This document shows, piece after piece, positions 20,861 through 31,079 of a stretch of 64,000 nucleotides of DNA. The DNA lies in the NCBI GenBank assembly GCA_963736675.1, contig CAVTPT010000001.1:101671-165670 (forward strand), given 5' to 3'. The notes below the pieces were generated by a model that made no database searches, was not told the DNA's origin, and was given only the letters and a program-made list of their open reading frames with translations. How positions within the stretch are numbered: position 1 is the stretch's first letter; each line of letters starts with the position of its first letter. The translations under genes and the position numbers were made by a program. This DNA is from an uncultured Bacteroidales bacterium (GTDB lineage Bacteria; Bacteroidota; Bacteroidia; Bacteroidales; VadinHA17).

Positions 20861-21451
20861 ATGATTAAGTCAAGAAGTGATTATTTGTTTTTTAAAAAGT
20901 CGGATATTGTTGCTCTTGGGATTAGATGCCCTTCGATCAGGAGCAGAATAAGGACAATTTTTTTTCCAAATCGAATTCTTAGATTTCAGATATTGATGCG
21001 TCGCTGCGAGTATTACACAAATGTTAAAAAGGGGATTATCAATAAACTGATCCTGGGGTTTTTAAGAATTCGCTACAGTCGTCTGTCATTAAGATTAGGA
21101 TTTTCAATACCATTAAATGTTTTCGGACCCGGATTGTCAATCGCACATTATGGTACAATTGTGGTAAGTGCATATGCAAAAGTGGGAGCAAATTGCAGGC
21201 TGCATCCTTCATCCTGTATCGGGGCTTCCGGTGGGACAAATGCCCCGATTATTGGTGATAACGTTTATATTGGTCCCGGTGTAAAGATTTATGGGAAAAT
21301 AAAATTAGGTAACAATATTGCTGTTGGAGCCAATGCTGCTGTAGGAGACTCTTTTGAGGAGGACAACATCCTTATCGGAGGGGTACCTGCGAAAAAAATT
21401 GGTACAGTTGATATTACCAGTCTGATAAGACACCTGAAAAAAGTAAAATAA
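20861..21451 (+). CDS. Serine-acetyltransferase-like (LbH) polysaccharide O-acyltransferase
   Basis: LGFSIPLNVFGPGLSIAHYGTIVV, IIGDNVYIGPG, GGVPAK. Confidence 0.82.
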   Translation: MIKSRSDYLFFKKSDIVALGIRCPSIRSRIRTIFFPNRILRFQILMRRCEYYTNVKKGIINKLILGFLRIRYSRLSLRLGFSIPLNVFGPGLSIAHYGTIVVSAYAKVGANCRLHPSSCIGASGGTNAPIIGDNVYIGPGVKIYGKIKLGNNIAVGANAAVGDSFEEDNILIGGVPAKKIGTVDITSLIRHLKKVK

Positions 21452-22473
21452 TGCTGGCTATACATAACACATCCGGTTCCTTTAGTGAAAGATGGATTGA
21501 TTATTGTAAATCCTCTCAAATACCTTTTAAGATAGTTGATTGTTATGATTCAGATATTATAAAACAGGTAGAAGATTGTGACGCATTGATGTGGCATTTT
21601 TATCATGCAAGTCCGAAAGCATCCCTTTTTGCAAAGCATTTACTCTATTCATTGGAACAATCGGGGAAGAAAGTATTCCCAAATTTCAGGACTGTATGGC
21701 ATTTTGATGACAAAGTTGGTCAGAAATACCTGCTTGAATCACTGAAAATTCCCTTCGTTGATTCCTGGATATTCTATGAAAGAGATTTAGCGCTGAAGTG
21801 GTCTGAGACCACTGTGTATCCTCTGGTATTCAAGCTACGGGGAGGCGCCGGGTCAGTGAATGTAAAGAAGGTGAATTCATCATTGCAGGCCCGGAAACTT
21901 ATTCATCAAGCTTTTGGAAAGGGATTTAAACATGATAGTCTGATCCCTGCAGGAGAATTATTAAAACGATACAAAAATGGTAAAATTACTATTCTGAGTT
22001 TATTTAAGGGACTTGTGAGAAGACTTAGGCCAACTCCCTATGCAAAAGTACATGGAAGAGAAAAAGGGTACATTCTTTTTCAGAAATTCATTCCGGATAA
22101 TGATCACGATATCAGGGTAATTGTAATTGGGGATAAAGCATTTGCAATAAAGAGGAAGGTCAGGGAAAATGATTTCCGCGCATCCGGAAGCGGAAACATA
22201 GAATATGATAGAAGCTTATTTGATGATGAAATCATTAAACTCTCCTTTATATTATCTGAAAAGCTTCAGGCTCAATGTGTGGCATTTGATTATGTGCATG
22301 AAAAAGGGAATCCTTTGGTAGTCGAAATAAGTTATGGTTTTTCCCCGGCAGGATATGATCCCTGTCCCGGGTACTGGGACAAAAATTTAACATGGCATGA
22401 AGGTAAATTCAATCCTTACGGGTGGATGGTTGAAGATTTAATTGAGCAAATAAAGAGTGATCAAAAGACATAG
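21451..22473 (+). CDS. RimK-like ATP-grasp ligase
   Basis: FDDKVGQKYLLE, VFKLRGGAGS, FQKFIP..DIRVIVIG, DFRASGSG, VEISYGF. Confidence 0.78.
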   Translation: MLAIHNTSGSFSERWIDYCKSSQIPFKIVDCYDSDIIKQVEDCDALMWHFYHASPKASLFAKHLLYSLEQSGKKVFPNFRTVWHFDDKVGQKYLLESLKIPFVDSWIFYERDLALKWSETTVYPLVFKLRGGAGSVNVKKVNSSLQARKLIHQAFGKGFKHDSLIPAGELLKRYKNGKITILSLFKGLVRRLRPTPYAKVHGREKGYILFQKFIPDNDHDIRVIVIGDKAFAIKRKVRENDFRASGSGNIEYDRSLFDDEIIKLSFILSEKLQAQCVAFDYVHEKGNPLVVEISYGFSPAGYDPCPGYWDKNLTWHEGKFNPYGWMVEDLIEQIKSDQKT

Positions 22474-22526
22474 GTTCCTGGAAACGGATGAGACGAGACC
22501 GGAATTAAAAGAAAAGGATTAAGGTA

Positions 22527-23606
22527 ATGGATAAGAAGAGATTATGCCTCGTAATTCCGTCACTTAAGGCGGGAGGAATGGAGAGGGTGATGTCGGAACT
22601 TGCTGCCTGGTTTTGCAGGCAGGATGGGATTGAAGTACACCTTATTCTTTATGGCAGGAATCCAAAATTATTCTTCGCTGTACCAGATAATGTATTAGTC
22701 TATAAACCAGCAACTATATTCAGAGACAAACTACGTTTTATCTACACAATCGGAAGAATTATATTTCTACGGCGAACAGTTGGAAAGATAAAACCACAAT
22801 CAATATTGAGCTTTGGAGAATACTGGAATAGTCTTGTCATGCTTTCTTTATATGGATTAAAATATCCAGTTTATTTATCAGATCGGTGCAGTCCGGAGAA
22901 AATTTACGGGTTTTTTCATACTTTCTTAAGAAATTGGCTTTATCCACAAGCATCCGGAATTATTGCACAAACAGAGTTAGCAAGAGAGCAATATCTGCAA
23001 CTGAAACTTAACCCAAATATTAAGGTCATAGGAAATCCTGTCAATTCACAATCCATAATAATAAATGACAGAGAAAACATAATACTTACAGTTGGGAGAT
23101 TAATTTCTACAAAACATCATGACCGGTTAATAAAGATCTTTTCAAGAATTGATTCGAATGGATGGAAAATGGTAATAGTTGGTGGAGATGCTCTCAAACA
23201 GAAAAATTTTGATCGGTTGAAAAAACTTATTGACGATCTTAAACTCGGGAATGACGTATCAATTACTGGTGAATTATTAAATGTAAATGCATATTATCAG
23301 AAGAGCAAGTTATTTGTATTTACCTCAAGTTCTGAAGGTTTCCCTAATGTCGTGGCAGAAGCCTTAGCCGCTGGCTTACCAGTAGTATCGTATGATTGCA
23401 TTGCAGGTCCTTCTGAAATGATAAAGCATGGGGAAAATGGTTTTCTAGTACCTGTTTTTAATGATAAAATGTTTCAAAAGAATCTACAACTTTTAATTGA
23501 TAATGAAGAACTAAGGAACAAAATGTCGAGAAATGCACGTCAAAGCATTAAAAAATTCTCAATAGGATCAATAGGGATAGAGTATTTAACGTTTATCTTA
23601 AAATGA
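22527..23606 (+). CDS. Glycosyltransferase family 4
   Basis: AGGMERV, LTVGRL, SEGFPNVVAEALAAGLPVV. Confidence 0.9.
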   Translation: MDKKRLCLVIPSLKAGGMERVMSELAAWFCRQDGIEVHLILYGRNPKLFFAVPDNVLVYKPATIFRDKLRFIYTIGRIIFLRRTVGKIKPQSILSFGEYWNSLVMLSLYGLKYPVYLSDRCSPEKIYGFFHTFLRNWLYPQASGIIAQTELAREQYLQLKLNPNIKVIGNPVNSQSIIINDRENIILTVGRLISTKHHDRLIKIFSRIDSNGWKMVIVGGDALKQKNFDRLKKLIDDLKLGNDVSITGELLNVNAYYQKSKLFVFTSSSEGFPNVVAEALAAGLPVVSYDCIAGPSEMIKHGENGFLVPVFNDKMFQKNLQLLIDNEELRNKMSRNARQSIKKFSIGSIGIEYLTFILK

Positions 23607-24826
23607 AAGTTCTTCAGATAAACACAGCTGTAAATTCAGGCAGTACCGGAAGAATGGCTGAAGGAATAGGACAGGTACTGATTGAAAGGGGACATCAGAG
23701 TCTGATTGCATTTGGACGTGGTAATCGACCAAGCAACTCAGGACTGATCAGGATAGGGACCCGTTCGGATCTTTATTCCCACGTACTTATCTCCCGTTTA
23801 TTTGACCTCCATGGCTTTGGATCAGCCGGTGCCACACGTAAATTCATTGAGGAGGTAAAAAAAGCGGATCCGGATATTTTCCATCTGCATAATATTCATG
23901 GATATTATCTGAACATCGAAATATTATTTAATTATCTGAGAGAATCAGGTAAACCCGTAATATGGACACTTCATGATTGCTGGTCATTTACAGGTCACTG
24001 CAGCTATTTTGACAGAGTTAATTGTTATAAATGGCATACGGGTTGTCACAAATGTCCTAATCTAAAGGGTTATCCAGAGAGTTGGTTCATAGACAACTCA
24101 AAAAAAAATTATCTTAGAAAAAAATCGATTTTTTCCGAAATAAAAAATCTTACTATCATAACACCCTCATCCTGGCTTGCTGAACATGTAAAGCGATCAT
24201 ATTTAAAAAAGTATCCACTTTCAATAATAAATAATGGTGTAGACTTATCGATATTTAAACCTGAAATTAAAAGCATTGACAAAGAAGAATTTAAAACAGG
24301 AAAAAACAAATATATTTTGGGTGTGGCAAACTCATGGGACAAACGCAAGGGGTTAATAGATTTCATTGAAATTAGAAAACTACTACCGGCGGAAATTCTT
24401 ATTCTCTTGGTAGGATTAAACCGTAAACAAATTCTTGAATTGCCTTCCGGTATTATCGGAATACCCAAAATTGAAAGCGCTTTAGAACTCGCAAGTCTCT
24501 ATTCGGGAGCTAACGCTTTCCTAAATCCCACATATGTTGACAATTTTCCAACAACAAATTTAGAAGCACTGGCATGTGGTACCCCCGTAATTACATATAA
24601 TACTGGTGGAAGCGCTGAAATAGTAAATAAAGAATCAGGTTACGTTCTTAATAAAGGTGATTTTATGGGTTTATCCAATTCAATAAAGGAAGTTCTGTCT
24701 AATGGTAAAAAATTCTATATGAATGTTTGTCGGGAAAGAGCTGAAAAACTGTTTGACAGCAAGTCGAAATATTGTGATTATATAAAACTTTATAAGGACG
24801 TTAGTGGTAAACCAAATAGTCATTAA
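23603..24826 (+). CDS. Glycosyltransferase family 4 (WcaC-like)
   Basis: HLHNIHGYY, WTLHDCWSFTGHC, DNFPTTNLEALACGTPVI. Confidence 0.88.
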   Translation: MKVLQINTAVNSGSTGRMAEGIGQVLIERGHQSLIAFGRGNRPSNSGLIRIGTRSDLYSHVLISRLFDLHGFGSAGATRKFIEEVKKADPDIFHLHNIHGYYLNIEILFNYLRESGKPVIWTLHDCWSFTGHCSYFDRVNCYKWHTGCHKCPNLKGYPESWFIDNSKKNYLRKKSIFSEIKNLTIITPSSWLAEHVKRSYLKKYPLSIINNGVDLSIFKPEIKSIDKEEFKTGKNKYILGVANSWDKRKGLIDFIEIRKLLPAEILILLVGLNRKQILELPSGIIGIPKIESALELASLYSGANAFLNPTYVDNFPTTNLEALACGTPVITYNTGGSAEIVNKESGYVLNKGDFMGLSNSIKEVLSNGKKFYMNVCRERAEKLFDSKSKYCDYIKLYKDVSGKPNSH

Positions 24827-24829
24827 GCG

Positions 24830-25972
24830 TTGAAAGAAATTGTATTCATTAATCAGGATTCAGGTTATTTAATGATAGACATTATTAATGCTCATGTTAA
24901 TGCAGGGTACCATTGTGTGCTTATTACAGGCAGACTTGTTGAACGAAATATTGTCCTGGATAACTCAGTAGAACTAAAAAGAATCGCGCGATATAACAGG
25001 ACAAATGCTATCACAAGACTATACTCCTGGGTAACCGGATTTCTTCAAATATTATTTTTATTATGGTTTAGATTTCGCAAATCTCATCTTTTTATTGTTT
25101 CAAATCCACCTTTTGCTCCCTTGATTCCACTCTTTTGTAGGAATTCATGCTCAATCCTTATTTTTGATGTTTATATCGAAAAACCAGGTGAATTTCGATT
25201 TATCGGGAAACTTAAACCCCTGATAAATATTTGGATCAAAGCACATGTAAAATCATTATTAAGGGCTCATTATATTTTTACACTGACTGAAGGAATGAGA
25301 AATAGTTTAAAGAATTATTCCAAAGGGAAATCAATCGATGTGATACCAGTGTGGTCGGATAATAAATTTCTTAAACCTGTTTGCCCCGATCTTAATCCTT
25401 TCATTATGCAACATAATCTTAAAAATAAGTTTGTTGTATTGTATTCTGGGAATATAGGTTCATCAAGAGGATTAGAAGCATTGCTTGATGTTGCAAATAT
25501 TGTAAACAGGGAAGATATTTTATTCCTGATCATTGGAGATGGCTTCAGAAAAAAAGAGCTATTAAAAAAGGCTAAAAGATTAATGTTAAATAACTGCCAA
25601 TTTTTGCCATGGCAGGATTCAAGAATGTTACCTTATTCTTTATCCTCAGCAAGTCTTGCTGTTATTACGCTATCAGAAACCTCATCATTCAGATCAATTC
25701 CAAGTAAACTGTATAGTTATATGTCAGTCGGCACCCCAGTTTTGTGCATTGCAAACCGTCAATCGGACCTTGTATATACAGTCAATAAATATAAAATTGG
25801 GAAATGTTTCGATTCACAAATGATAGCAGATATTGCTGATTTTATAACGGATCTTGCTGATAGTCCTGATAAACGCTATACACTAAGCAAAAATTCAGTT
25901 ATTGCCTCCGAAATGTTCACACCTAAAAATGCTCTAAGATTTGTTAGGGAATACCAATCTGATAAATTATAA
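24830..25972 (+). CDS. Glycosyltransferase family 4
   Basis: SNPPF, LYSGNIG, IPSKLYSYMSVGTPVL. Confidence 0.85.
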   Translation: MKEIVFINQDSGYLMIDIINAHVNAGYHCVLITGRLVERNIVLDNSVELKRIARYNRTNAITRLYSWVTGFLQILFLLWFRFRKSHLFIVSNPPFAPLIPLFCRNSCSILIFDVYIEKPGEFRFIGKLKPLINIWIKAHVKSLLRAHYIFTLTEGMRNSLKNYSKGKSIDVIPVWSDNKFLKPVCPDLNPFIMQHNLKNKFVVLYSGNIGSSRGLEALLDVANIVNREDILFLIIGDGFRKKELLKKAKRLMLNNCQFLPWQDSRMLPYSLSSASLAVITLSETSSFRSIPSKLYSYMSVGTPVLCIANRQSDLVYTVNKYKIGKCFDSQMIADIADFITDLADSPDKRYTLSKNSVIASEMFTPKNALRFVREYQSDKL

Positions 25973-25990
25973 TTTGTTAATAAGGCAGTT

Positions 25991-26602
25991 GTGTATAAGT
26001 ACTTTAAAAGAGTTACGGACATAGTTCTTTCTAGCATGCTGATATTGATCTTTACTCCATTATGGGGAGTAGTTTCAATGAGTAGTATTCTCTTTATAGG
26101 GTATCCAGTGTTCTTCATTCAGAAAAGAGTCGGGCTTAACAATAGAGTTTATAAAATTTACAAATTCAGAACTATGCTTAGGAAAATAACAGATAATCAA
26201 CCAGATAACAAGAGAATTACATGTTATGGTCGTCTCTTACGTATAACGCGTATAGACGAACTTCCACAACTTTTCAATATTCTTAAAGGAGATATGAGTT
26301 TTATTGGTCCACGTCCTCTATTACCTGACTACCTCCCATTCTATACTCAAAAAGAGCTACGAAGACATGAAGTGAGGCCAGGTCTTAGTGGATTGAGTCT
26401 CTTGGCTGGTAGTTATCCCACATGGGAGGATCAATTTGCTCTTGATGTTCAATATGTCGACAACTTATCTTTTGCGATGGATATTAAACTTTTTTATAAG
26501 ACAATTATAAAAGTGTTCAATCCATCCACAAAACTCTTGAATTGTGATTCAGAGAGAGAGAGATTTGACTTATACAGATCGTCTCAGATTAGGAAAGTTT
26601 AA
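25991..26602 (+). CDS. Priming phosphoglycosyltransferase (PglC-like bacterial sugar transferase)
   Basis: KRVTDI, FFIQKRVG, YKFRTM, RIDELPQLFNILKGDMSFIGPRP. Confidence 0.92.
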   Translation: MYKYFKRVTDIVLSSMLILIFTPLWGVVSMSSILFIGYPVFFIQKRVGLNNRVYKIYKFRTMLRKITDNQPDNKRITCYGRLLRITRIDELPQLFNILKGDMSFIGPRPLLPDYLPFYTQKELRRHEVRPGLSGLSLLAGSYPTWEDQFALDVQYVDNLSFAMDIKLFYKTIIKVFNPSTKLLNCDSERERFDLYRSSQIRKV

Positions 26603-26682
26603 AAATAAGTAAAATGAATATAATGTAAAAAACCATGTTTTTGTTCCTTGATATATTGTAAATTAAAACATTAATAAATTAA

Positions 26683-27249
26683 ATGAACAGCTTAATATTT
26701 GACACATTAATAGAAACGAAAAGATTGTTATTACGAAAGATAAATTTGTCCGATGCATACGATATGTATGAATATACAAGTAATCCCTTAGTAACAACTT
26801 ATTTACAATGGGAACCACATACGCAAATCGCTGACACACAAGGGTATATTGCTGGTGTTATAAAAAAATATGAATCATTAGATACTGAATTTACATTTGG
26901 GATAGAATTAAAATCTGAAAAGAAGCTTATTGGGGTTTTGAAAGTATTAAATATAAGTTACTATAATAAACGGGGAGAATTTACTTCAATACTTAATCCA
27001 TTATACCAAAAGAATGGGTATATGGGAGAAGCATGGATTGGACTGCTGGATTTTTGTTTTAATAATGCAGGCCTAAACAGAATCCAATCCTATGTTACTG
27101 AAGATAATATTGCCTCAATAAATAAGAATCTTAAAGCTGGTCTGGTGTTTGAAGGAAGACTAAAGGAATATTTATATGTAAAAGGTGAGTTTAAAGATAC
27201 TTTAGTTTATGCGATTACAGCAGAAAAATTTAATAATAGGGCTCAATAA
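26683..27249 (+). CDS. GNAT N-acyltransferase (RimJ/RimL-like)
   Basis: IETKRLLLRK, YQKNGYMGEA, LNRIQ, N.AS....K.GL..EG. Confidence 0.85.
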   Translation: MNSLIFDTLIETKRLLLRKINLSDAYDMYEYTSNPLVTTYLQWEPHTQIADTQGYIAGVIKKYESLDTEFTFGIELKSEKKLIGVLKVLNISYYNKRGEFTSILNPLYQKNGYMGEAWIGLLDFCFNNAGLNRIQSYVTEDNIASINKNLKAGLVFEGRLKEYLYVKGEFKDTLVYAITAEKFNNRAQ

Positions 27250-27282
27250 ATTAAATATTTATTCAATAAATCATTTTTCTGA

Positions 27283-27987
27283 ATGTGCAAAATCATTGCA
27301 ATGCATCAACCAAATTATATCCCATGGCTAGGATATTTTTATAAGATCTCACAATCCAATATTTTTGTTTTTGTTGACGATTGTCAGTTTTCTTCTTCGG
27401 GGATGCATAGTTATCACTATATCAAGTCTCCACAAGGATTATTCAGACTTAGAATACCAGTTGATTATAAACATGTATCTAAGTCATCAATAAATGAAGT
27501 GAGAACAAAAGATGAACTAAACTGGAAAAAATATCATTTAAAAATTTTAATGCATAATTACAAAAAATCCAGGCACTTTGAGGAAGTATTCCAGGACTTT
27601 TCTAATTTACTGCTTAAGAACTATCAGAACCTCGCAGATATGGATCAGGCTATAATAATGTTTTTTTGTAATAAACTAGGGATTAATACTAAGTTTAAAA
27701 TATCTTCATCAATCCCAATAAATTCGACTAAAGAGGAAAGAATAATTGAAATATGCAAATATCTCAATGGTAATGTTTATTATTCTGGAACAGGTGCGAG
27801 AGCTTATCAAAGAGAAGAGTATTTTATTCAAAACAATATTAATCTTGTCTACTCCGATTTCAAACCATTTCAATATTATCAGCCTTGGGGAAAATTCGAA
27901 TCAAACGTTAGTATTTTGGATTACCTCTTGGAATATGGATATGATTGGAGTCGTGTACTTGAAAACCAAAGAAAAGTCTCATCATAA
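27283..27987 (+). CDS. WbqC-family protein
   Basis: IAMHQPNYIPWLGYFYKI, FVFVDDCQF, YYSGTGARAY, SILDYL. Confidence 0.88.
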   Translation: MCKIIAMHQPNYIPWLGYFYKISQSNIFVFVDDCQFSSSGMHSYHYIKSPQGLFRLRIPVDYKHVSKSSINEVRTKDELNWKKYHLKILMHNYKKSRHFEEVFQDFSNLLLKNYQNLADMDQAIIMFFCNKLGINTKFKISSSIPINSTKEERIIEICKYLNGNVYYSGTGARAYQREEYFIQNNINLVYSDFKPFQYYQPWGKFESNVSILDYLLEYGYDWSRVLENQRKVSS

Positions 27988-28003
27988 ACTAAAGACTTCA
28001 ATA

Positions 28004-28675
28004 ATGGGAAAGAAAATTTTAGTAGTTGCCCCTCATCCCGATGATGAGATCCTTGGTTGTGGAGGAACAATCAAAAAATATCTGTCGGCTGGCAACAGAG
28101 TTTTTATCCTGATAATGAGCCGTGGGAAAAAAGAGCTCTATTCAGACGAAAAGATACTGAATGTACGGAGAGAAGCCGAAGCGGCTCACAGCATCCTGGG
28201 AGTGACCGGAACGCGATTTTTAGATTTCCCTGCCCCTGACCTCGATACAATACCGATATCGGAGATCTCCGAAGCGATCCGCAAAGTGATCGTTGAACTG
28301 AATATAAATACTCTTTACCTCCCGCATTACGGGGATATTCACCACGATCATAAGATAGTCTTCAATGCAGGCCTGGTAGCCGCCCGTCCGGTCAATGGGA
28401 ATCCGGTAAGAAGTATTTATACTTATGAAACTCTCTCCGAGACTGAATGGGGCACCCCTGAAGCCTCAAGTGCTTTTACCCCTACTTGTTATGAGAATAT
28501 CTCCGGTTTTTTTGACTCGAAAGTTGAAGCTATGAAATGCTACAAAAGCCAGTTGAAAGAGTTTCCCAATCCCCGCTCCCTGAAAAATATCGAATCGCTG
28601 GCAACATATCGTGGGGCGTCAGTTGGTTTTACCTTTGCTGAAGCATTTATGGTTATCAGGATCATTAATGAATAA
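28004..28675 (+). CDS. PIG-L/LmbE family deacetylase
   Basis: VVAPHPDDEILGCGG, DIHHDH, YETLSETEW; real start likely MGKK at 28004. Confidence 0.88.
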   Translation: MGKKILVVAPHPDDEILGCGGTIKKYLSAGNRVFILIMSRGKKELYSDEKILNVRREAEAAHSILGVTGTRFLDFPAPDLDTIPISEISEAIRKVIVELNINTLYLPHYGDIHHDHKIVFNAGLVAARPVNGNPVRSIYTYETLSETEWGTPEASSAFTPTCYENISGFFDSKVEAMKCYKSQLKEFPNPRSLKNIESLATYRGASVGFTFAEAFMVIRIINE

Positions 28676-28858
28676 TGATCCTGAGGGATCCATATTTATT
28701 TTAAACATATTACATCCTGTTTCTATAGAAAAAATCTGAATAAATCGACCTGAAATATAAATTTTTATGAAACCCACATGTAAGCAAATACAAACACGTA
28801 TGTATATAAATTTCAGACATATGGGTTACATCATACCATTAAAATCAAAAATTATATT

Positions 28859-29083
28859 ATGATGAAAGACATATTGATCAAAGCTCTGGCAGAAGCACTT
28901 GAAATGGACCCCTCTGTTATCAAACAGGAAGACTCTTTCAGGAATTATGAGAATTACAGCTCTTTAACAGAACTCTCAATCCTGGCAATGCTCGATACCG
29001 AATTTGGTATCGAAATGGAGATGAAGGAGTTCAACGAGCTTAAGAGTGTTGATGATCTTATTAACCTTGTTTCGTCAAAATAG
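28859..29083 (+). CDS. Acyl carrier protein
   Basis: 74 aa, acidic, YSSLTELSIL (Ser at the phosphopantetheine position), next to a KAS III. Confidence 0.82.
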   Translation: MMKDILIKALAEALEMDPSVIKQEDSFRNYENYSSLTELSILAMLDTEFGIEMEMKEFNELKSVDDLINLVSSK

Positions 29084-29088
29084 CAGCA

Positions 29089-30147
29089 ATGGGATTGCTT
29101 TCGTTAAATGACGTCGGTATTTCAGGTATGGCAGCAGCTGTACCGGGGCATGTGATCAATAATTACGAGCACGACCTCTATTTCAGGAAAGAGGATATTA
29201 AAGATATAGTTGATAAGATCGGAGTAAAGGAGCGCCGTTTTGCCGATGAAAAGACCTGCTCTTCGGATCTCTGTTATGCCGCTGCTAAAGAACTTATTGA
29301 GGGGATGGGACTTAAAAGAGAAGAGATTGGTCTGCTGTTGTTCATATCGCAGACACCCGATTACCGGATGCCTGCAACCTCGGTACTGCTTCAGGAGAGG
29401 CTTAAGTTACCCACATCAACAATTACGATCGATATTAACCTCGGATGCTCTGCCTTCCTGTATGGCCTGACTGTGGCATATTCAATGATAATATCAGGAG
29501 CTGTCGATAAAGCTCTTGTGCTCGACGGTGAAACAAGGTCGAAAGTCTATTCGCTGAAAGACAGGAAAACAGGATTTCTCTTTGGCGACGCAGGTGTTGC
29601 CGCCCTTATTGAGAGAGGCGGGAAATTTGGCAGGAGCTGGTTCTCACTCAACTCCGACGGTTCACGTGAATCGCTTATAAAAGTTCCCGCAGGTGGTTAC
29701 CGTAATATGAGCTCATGCGAGACCCTCAGGGAAAAAGTTGTTGATGAACATGGTAACATACGGTCTGATGAACAGGGATACATGAACGGGGCGGATGTTT
29801 TTAATTTTGTCATACGTGAAGTACCAAAAGACTTTAACCGCTTACTAGCATACTCGGGAGCTGATATATCCTCAATTGATTATTTCGTGTTCCACCAGGC
29901 AAACAGCTACATTAACGGATTCCTGGCAAAGAAGCTGAAACTGCCGGAAGATAAGCTCCCGTCAACAATCCACAAGTACGGGAACACATCGTCAGTCTCG
30001 ATCCCGCTTACGGTGGTCTCAGAATTGAAGGAGAATCTCAAGGGGCATAAACGGTTACTGATGAGCGGCTTCGGGGTTGGCCTGACATGGGGAACAGCAA
30101 TTATTGACATGGGGGATTGCTATATCGGAGAGATCGTTGAGATATAA
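29089..30147 (+). CDS. 3-oxoacyl-ACP synthase III (FabH-like)
   Basis: Catalytic triad motifs INLGCSAF, FHQAN, YGNTSS. Confidence 0.92.
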   Translation: MGLLSLNDVGISGMAAAVPGHVINNYEHDLYFRKEDIKDIVDKIGVKERRFADEKTCSSDLCYAAAKELIEGMGLKREEIGLLLFISQTPDYRMPATSVLLQERLKLPTSTITIDINLGCSAFLYGLTVAYSMIISGAVDKALVLDGETRSKVYSLKDRKTGFLFGDAGVAALIERGGKFGRSWFSLNSDGSRESLIKVPAGGYRNMSSCETLREKVVDEHGNIRSDEQGYMNGADVFNFVIREVPKDFNRLLAYSGADISSIDYFVFHQANSYINGFLAKKLKLPEDKLPSTIHKYGNTSSVSIPLTVVSELKENLKGHKRLLMSGFGVGLTWGTAIIDMGDCYIGEIVEI

Positions 30148-30245
30148 TTGCTGATTTTATGAAAGCCCCGGGGAATTTTACCAGGGATAATAGCTGACCA
30201 GTATTAAAGGATTTTACAAATCATAAATAGCTCATATTAAAAGTT

Positions 30246-31013
30246 GTGAATAAAGATCCGTTCAGTCTTCAGGACAAGACAATTATTGTTACCGGAGCAT
30301 CTTCCGGAATAGGAAGGGAGTGCTCAGTCAGCTGCAGCAGGCAGGGAGCAAGGGTTGTACTTATGGGCAGGGATCATAACCGGCTTAATGAGACTATGGC
30401 CTTGATGCAGGAGAGGAATGATCATACGATCTGTGCCGTTGATCTTACAAACTATGAAGAGGTCGAAAAGATGATAAGTGGGTTGACACCGGGTTTCGGA
30501 AAGATTGATGGCCTGGTAAATTGTGCCGGGATCTCCACCACCTTACCGCTCAATATGGTGAAGCCGGATAAGCTGGGTGAGTTCTTCAGTGCAAATGTTC
30601 AGGCTGCAGTGAATTTAACCAGGGTTGTAACAAGGCTGTCAAATTTTTCTGAAGCCGGAGGCAGTGTTATTTTTATAGGTTCCGTGATGGGCGAAGCCGG
30701 TGAAGCAGGGAAGTTAATCTATAGTATTACCAAGGGCGCCCTGATAGCCGGAGCCAGGTCGCTGGCCATTGAGCTTGCTCCGCGGAAAATAAGGGTTAAC
30801 TCAATCTCTCCGGGTGTTGTTGAGACACCAATGTCGAAAAATGCTGTCTACAGCAGAAACGAGGAATCACTTAACAGGGTAATAAATCAGCATCCGCTGG
30901 GATTAGGCCTGCCCGAAGATGTTGCCAATGCGTGTATTTATCTTTTGTCCGATGCTGCAAGATGGATCACCGGAACAAATCTCATTGTTGACGGCGGGTA
31001 CCTTGCAAGGTAA
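30246..31013 (+). CDS. SDR oxidoreductase (FabG-like)
   Basis: VTGASSGIG, NCAG, YSITK, RVNSISPG, ITGTNLIVDGG. Confidence 0.9.
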   Translation: MNKDPFSLQDKTIIVTGASSGIGRECSVSCSRQGARVVLMGRDHNRLNETMALMQERNDHTICAVDLTNYEEVEKMISGLTPGFGKIDGLVNCAGISTTLPLNMVKPDKLGEFFSANVQAAVNLTRVVTRLSNFSEAGGSVIFIGSVMGEAGEAGKLIYSITKGALIAGARSLAIELAPRKIRVNSISPGVVETPMSKNAVYSRNEESLNRVINQHPLGLGLPEDVANACIYLLSDAARWITGTNLIVDGGYLAR

Positions 31014-31079
31014 TGAACTGTTGAGGAGTACCGGATTGGAGGCCTCCTTTTCAGCTGAAATCCAACAATAATTTAAATT

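Noticed and set aside
27746-28003. Long N-terminal extension of the PIG-L protein
   Set aside because: Overlaps most of the wbqC 3' end; family homology starts at MGKK (28004). The same reasoning applies to the 53725 and 36895 starts.
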